Of a DNA stretch of 32,195 nucleotides, positions 1 to 8,636 are shown piece by piece. Origin of the DNA: a virus. Its lineage: Duplodnaviria > Caudoviricetes. The notes under the pieces were generated by a model. That model made no database searches and was not told the DNA's origin. It worked only from the letters and a program-made list of their open reading frames with translations. Made by a program: the position numbers and the translations under genes. Each line of letters opens with the position of its first letter. Positions within the stretch are counted from its first letter, which is position 1. Where the stretch lies: the IMG/VR virus record IMGVR_UViG_3300031655_000026, positions 1-32,195 of that record; one strand, written 5' to 3'.

Positions 1-432
1 CCAGTCGATTTGTTTGTACTCGTCCAACTGCTTGCCAGCCTCGGACTGCATCTGTCCAAGAGCTTGAGCATACTGGTTGCGTTCTTGCTGGACCGCTTGC
101 GCCTGTTGAAGCATCGATTTGCGTTGTCCTGCAAGTTCTTCCGTCTTCTTTGAATAATCTGAATGCTTCAGGTATCCAGACTGGAGTTCGTCAAGAGTTA
201 TCTCTACTTCCTTGCCGTCTACTTTGACGGTGTATAGTTGAGGCTCCGATTCATCTTCGTCTTCGTCTTCCGCATCTACACCTTCTTGTTCTTTGTCTGC
301 TTGGCTATCTGATGTCTCAGGTCGCTGAGTCTCATAGCCTTCTTCTTCTGTATCCTCGGCATCAAGGATCGCCTGTGATGCCTCTTCTACTGTTCCTTCT
401 TCGCCAGTTCCCTGTTCTGGGTTGTCTGCCAT
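1..432 (-). CDS. Capsid scaffolding protein (3' end outside window)
   Basis: Not in ORF track; hand translation from ATG at 432 (RBS GAGGT) is open to the edge: MADNPEQGTGEEG...very acidic...YTVKVDGKEVEITLDELQSGYLKHSDYSKKTEELA, a motif typical of podovirus scaffolds; lies downstream of portal. Confidence 0.8.
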   Translation of the reverse strand, partial: MADNPEQGTGEEGTVEEASQAILDAEDTEEEGYETQRPETSDSQADKEQEGVDAEDEDEDESEPQLYTVKVDGKEVEITLDELQSGYLKHSDYSKKTEELAGQRKSMLQQAQAVQQERNQYAQALGQMQSEAGKQLDEYKQIDW

Positions 433-458
433 GTTGTTACCTCGTTGGTTGATCTAAT

Positions 459-507
459 AAAAAAAGCCCCGACAAGATTCCCGTTAGGGTTGTTCTCATC
501 GAGGCTT
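459..507 (-). terminator. Intrinsic terminator-like hairpin in the scaffold leader
   Basis: AAGCCTCGATGAGA pairs with TCTTGTCGGGGCTT (14 bp, 3 G-U), inner CCC-TAAC-GGG, followed by a T tract. Confidence 0.7.
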
Positions 508-557
508 CCGTTGGATTGGACTCGTAATTTGTTACTCGCTCAATAAATGTCTACTGC

Positions 558-680
558 TTAAAACTCTATCGATTTCTCCTCGGTTACTTTCTTAACAATA
601 CCCTTGTGCAAATGAAGGGTGATCTTTCCTGTAAAACTAGAAACTATATATTTCTTTATGGCTTCAATAATGCGTTCCAA
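558..680 (-). CDS. Small protein, DUF2292/YezD-like (40 aa)
   Basis: TTG start with GGAG upstream; MERIIEAIKKYIVSSFTGKITLHLHKGIVKKVTEEKSIEF; helix plus FTGKITLHLHKG beta-hairpin pattern. Confidence 0.6.
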   Translation of the reverse strand: MERIIEAIKKYIVSSFTGKITLHLHKGIVKKVTEEKSIEF

Positions 681-933
681 TATTCGACTCCACTCCGCTT
701 TGTTTTTCTGCCATCTTGCCTGTTTCCATAACCCGCTTAACTTCGTTCACAAAGTCAGCAAGAATTTGTAATTTCTTGTATGCGATTTCTCTGTCTGCCA
801 ATTCGTCTGGCCTTGAGTTCACCCAGTCTCCCATATACCCGTCACTTAGGGCTTGCATCGCTTTCTTATAAACATCGCTCTCTAATATGCGTTGTGCTTC
901 TTGCCCGTCTAAAACTTCTTGGTTATTCCCCAC
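664..933 (-). CDS. Hypothetical phage head-module protein
   Basis: 89-aa helical ORF, GGGAG RBS, usual position between portal and scaffold. Confidence 0.7.
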   Translation of the reverse strand: MGNNQEVLDGQEAQRILESDVYKKAMQALSDGYMGDWVNSRPDELADREIAYKKLQILADFVNEVKRVMETGKMAEKQSGVESNIGTHY

Positions 934-946
934 TCAGTACTCCCTT

Positions 947-2500
947 CTAGTATGGTGATTTAAGAGGTCTGCCCATTTGAACATTAATAAACTTGTCATA
1001 GGCATTCGGGTTTTCTTGCAATCTTCCCATTGCTCCCGGCTTATCATGCAATACATCCATGACACTATCGAACTCCCCAAGTAATGATTTATATATTGGT
1101 GACATCCCCGCGCCTTTGCTCTTAGGCAAGAGGGAACCAACGCCCACAATGCTTCCATTCGTTACAGGATAGCTGGGGATACCCACTGCGTCTGCGATCT
1201 TACTTCGTCCTGTAGCCGGGTCAATATATTGGGAGCTTCTAGCCAAAGGGTCATCAGTAAGTTGGAAGGCTCTGTCTTTTAAGAAGTGACTAAAGTTCTT
1301 AGGGTCAACATCATACGAACCAGTCGGTAATGCTTTTGCCCTAGAGAAAAGTTCGTTGTAATATTTAAATGGACTCTTAGGGACTAAGGCTGGTTTCAAC
1401 TCTCCCTTCAGATCCTTCTTGAATCCTTTTTTCAGCATTGACTTGCCGGGTGATTTTTTCTGCAATGCTTTCTGCTCATTCATAAAACCTCGCTCAACGG
1501 CATTCCACCTTGATCGCAAGTCAGTCCAAGCCATAGCCTGAAGTTCATGCGGAATGACACCCAACTCTTCTGATGCCAGTTGCGCTAGTTTTTGATGGAA
1601 TAAGAACTTAGGACCAGCAATGCCGCCACTGATAAAATCGCCACCCGCCCTTGCTTGTATCGTATCGGCAGTGATTAAATCTCGGAAGTTATCAGGCAAC
1701 CCTTTCATCAAGGATTCGTCACCACCGCCAAGAACATATCCGTGTTTAATGTTCGTTGAAAAGTTGGGAGCCTTGTATGTGCCTTGTCCATAAATGTCAT
1801 GGATGTTATCCGTCTGCCCTGACCAGAGCTTGCCAAAGTTTTGAATCGGGTTCTGCATATACCCAAACTCTTTAGCTATAGGTTCGTTGTATCCAAGTGC
1901 GTGTTGACCCAGCATACTCAGCCCATCATTGGTATTAGAGTTCACCGCATTTCTAGGTGACACCCCGGATATATTATCAACCGCGAAGTTAAATCGACTT
2001 GGATGTACAACATCAGCAATGCCTTGCCCTGACTCCTTGTACCAATTCTGAGATCGTCCATCTAATAACCCATGTTGTCCAAACTGGACTAGGTCGTTCA
2101 GTCTTTCTTCCGCATCTTTATGTTTAAGATACTTGTCGGGATGCTTAATACCTTTTGACCCTACGATGTCTTTTCTCTTGTCTAGCTTGAAACTACCCTT
2201 CTGGATTGCCTTAGAACCTTGCTTGATGATCCCAGCCCCCGGCATCATGTCCATAAGCATCGGACTCATGTCAGGCATATCTTGCATAGAAAGGTTGGGA
2301 TCAGACTCTAACCTTGGTGACATAACAGACGGGTTGAACGCCTTAACATAACGATCCGGCACAGCATAATCGGCAATTGTTCCGCCCACTCTCTGCATCA
2401 GCGAAGGGTCTTCCCTCAGCATTCCACCGCGAACATTCATGGCATCCCGGTTCATTGCTTGACGGTCAGCTTCTCTCTGTATCCCTAGAAGTCCGTTCAT
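947..2500 (-). CDS. Tagged putative virion cargo protein with DUF7178/HhH-GPD-like domain
   Basis: Motif order NWY...SP..AV..N...K..NF..NI...ITADT...R...G..P..LQAMAW; N-terminal 39 aa shared with neighbouring gene; ATGA overlap. Confidence 0.55.
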   Translation of the reverse strand: MNGLLGIQREADRQAMNRDAMNVRGGMLREDPSLMQRVGGTIADYAVPDRYVKAFNPSVMSPRLESDPNLSMQDMPDMSPMLMDMMPGAGIIKQGSKAIQKGSFKLDKRKDIVGSKGIKHPDKYLKHKDAEERLNDLVQFGQHGLLDGRSQNWYKESGQGIADVVHPSRFNFAVDNISGVSPRNAVNSNTNDGLSMLGQHALGYNEPIAKEFGYMQNPIQNFGKLWSGQTDNIHDIYGQGTYKAPNFSTNIKHGYVLGGGDESLMKGLPDNFRDLITADTIQARAGGDFISGGIAGPKFLFHQKLAQLASEELGVIPHELQAMAWTDLRSRWNAVERGFMNEQKALQKKSPGKSMLKKGFKKDLKGELKPALVPKSPFKYYNELFSRAKALPTGSYDVDPKNFSHFLKDRAFQLTDDPLARSSQYIDPATGRSKIADAVGIPSYPVTNGSIVGVGSLLPKSKGAGMSPIYKSLLGEFDSVMDVLHDKPGAMGRLQENPNAYDKFINVQMGRPLKSPY

Positions 2501-3540
2501 TCGCCTAATATCCCCTTCAATGGTTTCCCGTTGATCTCCAGTATTTGTGGAATCTGGTCATCGAACAAAACAAAGTTTGATGTCCCTTTACCACCTGATC
2601 TTGAACCACCATCCAGATACTTGATGCCGGGGATGCCCTGTAACCTCAAATATTCGCTCACCTCCTGCTGTGCCATATTTCTAGGAACCCTTCCACCTTC
2701 ACCGTACAAATCTATCAAGTCCTCGTAGTAACCCTCACCTGCTCGGCCCTCTTTTACTGCCGCTCTACTTAATGCTTGCTCTCTTGATGGGGAAGTCCCC
2801 GGTTCCCTCTTGACAAAGCTTTTACTTAGAGGAGCATCCCAATCAAGCATCTTGGCAATCTGATCGTCAGGGATGTCTACTTTGTAGAGGTTGCTCAATT
2901 CTTTTGAGGCTTGCCTAGCCAAATCCCTTGCTCCTGAGTAATCAAAATTTCCACCCGTTTCCCTCAAAAAATCTAATGCGGCCTCAATTTCTTCATCACC
3001 ATAACCATACCCAGCTTCGTGTGCGCTCTCAATGGCATAGTCTTTCGCCATTTCTTCTGGGCTTTGATGGCTGGCCCCCATACTGTCCACAAAATCATCT
3101 ACAGAATGGTAGGAGCCGCTCATATTGCTTTTAGGTTGTCCCACCGTATTGGCATACTCTTTCGCAACCTTCGGATTCTCCGCAAAGTACAATCCATGCC
3201 CATACGCTTGCGCTCCCTCACCAGTCCCGATCTTGCTCATGTCAAACTTTTTAAACAAGTGGGGGGAACCATGCCATGCTGTTGCCATCGGGCCACCAAC
3301 AACATCCAACAATGCTCCTTCTGCCATCTCTGGCCTTATATACTGAGAGTCCATAACACTTGGATAAAGCGGATCATTGCCATACATATTTTTGTCACCA
3401 AAAAATAATCTTTTGGCCTGACTGCCGAACCTTTGCATCAAGCCGGGGTCTTCTCGCAACATACCGCCACGCACATTCATTGCGTCACGTTCCATTGCTT
3501 GACGGTTGGCCTCTGCTTGTATGCCTAAAAGTCCGTTCAT
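2497..3540 (-). CDS. Tagged putative virion cargo protein with ART-PolyVal-like ADP-ribosyltransferase domain
   Basis: AWHGSPHLFKKFDMSKIGTGEGAQAYGHGLYFAENPKVAKEY, LYKVDIPDD..LDWD, GIPGIKYLDGGSR...NFVLFDD match the ART domain of phage polyvalent proteins. Confidence 0.75.
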   Translation of the reverse strand: MNGLLGIQAEANRQAMERDAMNVRGGMLREDPGLMQRFGSQAKRLFFGDKNMYGNDPLYPSVMDSQYIRPEMAEGALLDVVGGPMATAWHGSPHLFKKFDMSKIGTGEGAQAYGHGLYFAENPKVAKEYANTVGQPKSNMSGSYHSVDDFVDSMGASHQSPEEMAKDYAIESAHEAGYGYGDEEIEAALDFLRETGGNFDYSGARDLARQASKELSNLYKVDIPDDQIAKMLDWDAPLSKSFVKREPGTSPSREQALSRAAVKEGRAGEGYYEDLIDLYGEGGRVPRNMAQQEVSEYLRLQGIPGIKYLDGGSRSGGKGTSNFVLFDDQIPQILEINGKPLKGILGE

Positions 3541-3827
3541 CTTTCGCCTAACATTCCTTGCATTCGTTCTTGGTTAAACATTTGCTTAAGTCTTTCTTGG
3601 TGCATCTGCTGTCGGTATGCTTCAATCTGCTCAGGTGACAACTGCATTGGTCTGGCTTGCTGTGGCTGTTGCATTGGTGGAACCATTGGCTGTCCCATTG
3701 GCGGAGCCATTGGCTGTCGCATTGGTTGTGGTTGTTGAGGCGTGTTATACACTTGGCCTTGATATCCACCTTGCTGACCAAAACCTGTTCCTCTAGGCAT
3801 CTGCATTCTTGGATCGTATGGATTCAT
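3537..3827 (-). CDS. Q/P/M-rich low-complexity hypothetical protein
   Basis: 96-aa ORF coupled by TAATG and ATGA overlaps on both sides; ends GMLGER. Confidence 0.65.
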   Translation of the reverse strand: MNPYDPRMQMPRGTGFGQQGGYQGQVYNTPQQPQPMRQPMAPPMGQPMVPPMQQPQQARPMQLSPEQIEAYRQQMHQERLKQMFNQERMQGMLGER

Positions 3828-3895
3828 TAATATGTTCCTTTAGGTTTAGGCTTTCTTGTTTTCTTAACTGGTTTCTTTACCACTTTCTTTTTCAT
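3827..3895 (-). CDS. 22-aa lysine-rich peptide
   Basis: MKKKVVKKPVKKTRKPKPKGTY; fills the gap after portal exactly, stop overlaps next ATG (TAATG). Confidence 0.55.
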   Translation of the reverse strand: MKKKVVKKPVKKTRKPKPKGTY

Positions 3896-3897
3896 TG

Positions 3898-5949
3898 TCA
3901 CCCTATTTTAATAGGCCGACCAGAGTAACCTTCCATCTGCAACTCTGCGGCCTTCAGTTGATTTTCTTCGGCTGTCATTTGCATCTCAGCCTGAAGTTTC
4001 TGCGCTTCAAAGCTAAGTTTCTGTTTTTCTATTTCTAGCTTCTGCTGTTCCAATTGCAACTTCTGCATATCAACTTGGACCTTCATCGCCTCAACTTGGG
4101 CCTTGCCATCATCACCCTGTTGTTGCTGGACCTGCCCGTCTTCCGGGTCAGTAAGGTATTCCTCGATATTCTTCAGCCCCATGTTCATCCCGATTTCCTT
4201 CAGAGTATTGAAGATGTTCTTCGGAGTGACAAGTAAACCCATGCCGCCAGACGCAACAATCCTCTCCTGCATCTGGACCAAGGTCTGAAGGTGAACCATG
4301 TTCTGCTCTCGGTTGCCGTTGCCTAGTCCGACTCGCACAGTGAAATCTGTTTTGTGCCGCCAGCTTGAAGGGTCCACTTCCACCCAATCATTCTTGAGCC
4401 GCACAACCTTTGCCTTGTCGGAATGCTTTTGTAACAATTCGTAGATCATCAGGAAGGCTTTCTTAATACCAGTCTCTGCAAACATTCTGGCTATCAATTC
4501 GATTCTAGCTTGAGAGCTTTGCATCTGTTGCATATAAGCTGTCGCTGTCGTTGACTGCAAAACATTAGCGTCCAAACCCTGATTAAACTTGGTAATACCC
4601 GTGCGCGAGTCTCTTACTGAATCGATGTAGTTCAGCATTTCATAAGGGGCTTTGCCAATGTCTGGAGCATCGAGCCTTCGTACCGCGCCCATCTCTTTAA
4701 CTCTTACAACTCCACCCGGTCTGCTGGTCAGCATATCGTCCATGTTGACCTTGCCGTCAAGACACTCGAAGCGTCCGTTATTTAAGTGGTAGATGTTGTC
4801 GAGTATATTTCTCCAGAGTGTTGACTTAATAAGTTGCAGGTCCATGACAATGTCAGCAATGGAAAAGCCATAAAACTTGTGAGGCATTGGCAGTGGGCAA
4901 ATGGCAGTGAATGGGATATTATCAACTTCTTCATTCGATATGATCTTATCGCCAGCCTTCCAAACTTTCCTTATCTCTGCGATCCCGTCACCGTTCCAGT
5001 CGCATCTGATGTACGCTTCATCAATCCATATTTCACGGGTCGAGTCATCTGTTTCATCGTTGGGCAATGATGACAGTGAGTCATCGGTAAAGTTCCGTGC
5101 CACATACTCTTGGTCGAAGCGTTGCGAGTCATCGCTTGTATAGTCAGCCGCATCATCGAAACCCATCTCGATAAGTTGAGAAACTGTGTAAGAAGTACGG
5201 TGACAAACGAAAGGAGCTTCCTCAATTGTTCGCGCATTTCTTGAAATATAAAACTCTTCAGGTGCTACAGATTCAATGTCCACCTTGCCACTGCTAATCC
5301 TTCGCATGATCGTGACGTTATGTTGGGTAGGCATATCCTGCGCTTGCTCTGGCTCTAAACCTACTTCTTGCTCCAGACCTGTTTCTAGATCTACACCCGC
5401 CTCATAACCTTCATCTTCAACCATTCCACTGATAGCCGTATGTTCCACCACTTCAACCGCATCATCCATAACCAATAGCTGAAATTCTTCATCACTCAAC
5501 CCCTCATAAGATTCACGCTCAACTTCTTCGTTATCTTTCCAGATCACTTTCAAGATGCCCGTCTTACTTAGCAAAGCATCCTTCATAACATCGTATAAAA
5601 TCTTGAAGCCGTCATTCTCTCGAAAGAAAACATAATTGCAGTAGTCAGTCGCTTGCTCTGCCATCTCAACATCTTCAGGGTTCTGAGGTTCAAACCTCCC
5701 GACCTGATCCCCGGACCCAAATATCTTCATCAGTATGGGCATGGACCATTCGACTACATCCATAACGTCAGTTGATACTACAGATGAACGACCATCAATT
5801 TCGTTACCGAAAGGCTCACCGTTGTAGTACTCCATAGCTTTTCTGCGCTGACCATCCAACTCACCGCCAAAAGAGGTGGAGCTAGAAATCTCGCGCTCGA
5901 CTATCGAAAGAAGGTGATCTTCAGTTAGTTTTTGTTTTGCTTTTGCCAT
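3898..5949 (-). CDS. Portal protein (P22-like)
   Basis: 683 aa after TerL; YYNGEPFGNE.DGRS.VVS.DV, DALLSKTG, PMPHKFYG.S.AD motifs; C-terminal coiled-coil barrel. Confidence 0.9.
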   Translation of the reverse strand: MAKAKQKLTEDHLLSIVEREISSSTSFGGELDGQRRKAMEYYNGEPFGNEIDGRSSVVSTDVMDVVEWSMPILMKIFGSGDQVGRFEPQNPEDVEMAEQATDYCNYVFFRENDGFKILYDVMKDALLSKTGILKVIWKDNEEVERESYEGLSDEEFQLLVMDDAVEVVEHTAISGMVEDEGYEAGVDLETGLEQEVGLEPEQAQDMPTQHNVTIMRRISSGKVDIESVAPEEFYISRNARTIEEAPFVCHRTSYTVSQLIEMGFDDAADYTSDDSQRFDQEYVARNFTDDSLSSLPNDETDDSTREIWIDEAYIRCDWNGDGIAEIRKVWKAGDKIISNEEVDNIPFTAICPLPMPHKFYGFSIADIVMDLQLIKSTLWRNILDNIYHLNNGRFECLDGKVNMDDMLTSRPGGVVRVKEMGAVRRLDAPDIGKAPYEMLNYIDSVRDSRTGITKFNQGLDANVLQSTTATAYMQQMQSSQARIELIARMFAETGIKKAFLMIYELLQKHSDKAKVVRLKNDWVEVDPSSWRHKTDFTVRVGLGNGNREQNMVHLQTLVQMQERIVASGGMGLLVTPKNIFNTLKEIGMNMGLKNIEEYLTDPEDGQVQQQQGDDGKAQVEAMKVQVDMQKLQLEQQKLEIEKQKLSFEAQKLQAEMQMTAEENQLKAAELQMEGYSGRPIKIG

Positions 5950-6155
5950 TATCTTTTCCTCTTATCCCGATCTCTCGGTGTCGGTGTCCTGTCTTCTCGA
6001 ATCAACTTCAATTGCTTAACGTCTCCACCACCTATCAGCGTATGGATCGCGTGATGGGCCAATGACAGTTGCACTTCAGCTTCTTCCAGTCTTGCTTCAA
6101 TCTGTGTGTAGTGCGCTTGTAATAAATTAATGTCTGCTTGCATTTTTAGGCTCAT
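5949..6155 (-). CDS. Hypothetical coiled-coil protein
   Basis: 68 aa, overlaps TerL stop and portal start. Confidence 0.6.
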   Translation of the reverse strand: MSLKMQADINLLQAHYTQIEARLEEAEVQLSLAHHAIHTLIGGGDVKQLKLIREDRTPTPRDRDKRKR

Positions 6156-7561
6156 ACTATTGCGACCTCTAGCTCTGGTAATTTTGATTTAAAACTGTAA
6201 CCGCTTGACCACACGTTCTCATAAGCGAGGGTCAAACAAAAAGCATCTGCAAAATCGGGTGACCTCACACCTCTCTTTTTCATGTTATCTTTGCTTTCAA
6301 CTTGCATCTTTCCAAGACTTGTAAAGTGATACGTTGGTAAGCTCAATTCTGCGACCAGTTCATCGCAAGCCGCCGGGATGCGACAATCTCTTTGTTCAAA
6401 CCATGATCTGGCTCGAAACCACAGTTCATCTCGCAAACGGTTGTATGTTTTTCCATCGGTTGATGGTCGTTCAGCCACACAGACTCCTCGGACTGGCAAA
6501 CCCAGTTCTGCAAGCCTGTCACAAACACCAGCACCGATTCCGATAGAATCCACACAAATCTCTTCAGGAAGTTCATCAGGGAAATTCTCCAGTCTCTTAT
6601 ATTCAGCAACCACAAGGCCGCAGGTTTGCATTAAGTCTTTACCCGCCCACCATGTAATAGGCTCTAGTAAAGTATTTCCCTTTCGTTTACAAAGTGCCGT
6701 TCTGTCTCCACCCATACGGGCGCAGTCAAGACCCCAGACAACAGGGCTATTTGGATTTGCTTCAACTTGTCTCTCTATTGCATCTTCGATAATGCTAAGT
6801 GGTATAACTGTGTCACCTTGCTCCGTATCAAACTCACCCTCTACTCGGACCCGGTAGACTGAGCTATCTGTGCCATATTTATCCTTCATCTCTTGGACAA
6901 AAGAAGGGTCCACGTTATTCGAGTCAGAGCATGAAACTTTCATCGTATGCCACCGATCACGGTCACCATGAAAGCTGTCATAGAAGTAGCCTTGAGTTCG
7001 TGTCGGATTGCCAGTCATAATGATCTTAGCTCCTGACGAACTCATGCTACCCTGTGCGGTCTCAAATACTTTCTCGTCCACTCCAGAGGCTTCATCAATT
7101 ATGAACAGCATATTCTCACTGTGGAAGCCTTGCAGGGCTTCTGGATTCTCTCGCCTACTTGTTCGTGCTACAGCAAAACATTCTGACTCTTTCCCTACAA
7201 CTTCAACCCTGTCGCTCTTCAGCGAAAGCTGATCTCGATACCACTCTGGCATTTTTCTATACCACTGCGAAATCTCCGCAAAGAGCACATCCGATAACTG
7301 ATGGGATGTGGGTGCGGTGAGCGCAACCTTGCACCCGTCACCTGATCGAGTTGATAGCCAGAACAATGTGACCCATGACAAAAATGCGGATTTCCCCACG
7401 CCATGCCCACTTCGGACACTTAGGCGATCTTCAGTAAGCAAAGTCTCCAATGCTTTAGCTTGCCAAGCGTCAGGCTTAACGCCTAAAACTTCACTAACGA
7501 ATGCAACCGGGTCACTCCGATATTGAATCAGCTTCGATTTTATTTTGTCTTTCTCGTTCAT
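6152..7561 (-). CDS. terL: Terminase large subunit
   Basis: Walker A SGHGVGKS, Walker B FIIDEASG, motif III TGNP, nuclease GLDCARMGGD and SPDFADA. Confidence 0.95.
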   Translation of the reverse strand: MNEKDKIKSKLIQYRSDPVAFVSEVLGVKPDAWQAKALETLLTEDRLSVRSGHGVGKSAFLSWVTLFWLSTRSGDGCKVALTAPTSHQLSDVLFAEISQWYRKMPEWYRDQLSLKSDRVEVVGKESECFAVARTSRRENPEALQGFHSENMLFIIDEASGVDEKVFETAQGSMSSSGAKIIMTGNPTRTQGYFYDSFHGDRDRWHTMKVSCSDSNNVDPSFVQEMKDKYGTDSSVYRVRVEGEFDTEQGDTVIPLSIIEDAIERQVEANPNSPVVWGLDCARMGGDRTALCKRKGNTLLEPITWWAGKDLMQTCGLVVAEYKRLENFPDELPEEICVDSIGIGAGVCDRLAELGLPVRGVCVAERPSTDGKTYNRLRDELWFRARSWFEQRDCRIPAACDELVAELSLPTYHFTSLGKMQVESKDNMKKRGVRSPDFADAFCLTLAYENVWSSGYSFKSKLPELEVAIV

Positions 7562-8069
7562 CTATTTCCTGTAAGCATTCAACAAGTGTTACCTTCTGGT
7601 CTATCTTCACTTCCTGCCGATCAATCAACATTCCGTGGATCTTCGCATTCAACGCTATGATCCTGTCCCGTGGTATTAACTTGATCTTGCAACCTAAGCC
7701 ACCGCCATCAGGAAGGTTGATAGTCTGTATCTCTTGGATTAAATCCCTAACGCCTCTCGGAACATCCGTCAGGCTCTTAACAATCAACTCACCGTGAACT
7801 GAATCGTAAAGATCAAGGATGTCTGCGTTCATCATTTCGTGAGTCTTTTCGACTATCTCTCTTCTTCTATCGTCAACATTATTCTCATCTCGCTGGATGT
7901 ATTTCTCTATCTCTTCCTTCACTCCGACATTCTCTAACATCCTTCTCCCGCCAGCAATTGCAGTTGTCTCCGCGTAACCCGCCGCTATCATTGCCTTATA
8001 TGTATTGAAGTCCTTCGCATACTCTCTAACGAATTTCTTCTGTTTATTATTCAAAACTGACTTGCTCAT
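7512..8069 (-). CDS. terS: Terminase small subunit
   Basis: LNNKQKKFVREYAKDFNTYKAMIAAGY HTH motif, directly upstream of TerL. Confidence 0.88.
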   Translation of the reverse strand: MSKSVLNNKQKKFVREYAKDFNTYKAMIAAGYAETTAIAGGRRMLENVGVKEEIEKYIQRDENNVDDRRREIVEKTHEMMNADILDLYDSVHGELIVKSLTDVPRGVRDLIQEIQTINLPDGGGLGCKIKLIPRDRIIALNAKIHGMLIDRQEVKIDQKVTLVECLQEIDERERQNKIEADSISE

Positions 8070-8118
8070 TTTTAATAGCTATCGACAGTCATTGCGAAAA
8101 TCGTGACTGCTAGTGAGA

Positions 8119-8334
8119 TTAGTAAGATGAGTAGCGACTTGTCCATTTTTTTGGTTCTTTATACTTTGGATATTCAATTCTTAGAAGCGTCCCGCGCTTA
8201 TCGTAAACGTAACAAGGAAAAACATAACTCCCAGTCACTTCGTAAATGTGAGAAGGCTCTTGCGTAAATGAACTTTTATATTCTTGATTAGGATCGTCAT
8301 GGTATGAATTGCCGTCAATAAATTCTGTGGGCAT
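8119..8334 (-). CDS. Hypothetical protein
   Basis: 71-aa ORF co-oriented between lysis and packaging genes. Confidence 0.55.
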   Translation of the reverse strand: MPTEFIDGNSYHDDPNQEYKSSFTQEPSHIYEVTGSYVFPCYVYDKRGTLLRIEYPKYKEPKKWTSRYSSY

Positions 8335-8345
8335 TGAATTTGTGG

Positions 8346-8636
8346 TTATTCATTGAAAACTACAGTAGCGTTCTCATATTTTGAAACCAGTTGACTCATC
8401 TCAATTGTGTAGACCCTCAGTTCTTCGAGGTAACCAGCTTCGATGCAGTAATACAATGACTCCACAGTTCTTGGATCATCATCGCACTTCAAAAAAACTT
8501 CGGTGGGTTCTGTGATTGCCCTCGGTAAATGAGGACGCTTGTGGATTGGGAGTAAAGTGGTTCCGCCTTTACTTACGCAACCAAGGGCCAGTAACAGGAC
8601 CATCACCAGAATGAATTTTTTTGTCAGTTTCTTCAT
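8346..8636 (-). CDS. Outer-membrane spanin (Rz1-like lipoprotein)
   Basis: Lipobox LLLALGC after basic/hydrophobic signal; proline-rich linker; overlaps upstream i-spanin. Confidence 0.7.
   Translation of the reverse strand: MKKLTKKFILVMVLLLALGCVSKGGTTLLPIHKRPHLPRAITEPTEVFLKCDDDPRTVESLYYCIEAGYLEELRVYTIEMSQLVSKYENATVVFNE

Noticed and set aside
934-7797. Many short plus-strand and alternate-frame ORFs over the head and packaging genes
   Set aside because: They overlap well-supported minus-strand genes and have no recognisable motifs
8086-8109. CAGTCA...TGACTG hairpin upstream of terS
   Set aside because: Only a short stem without other support; may be chance
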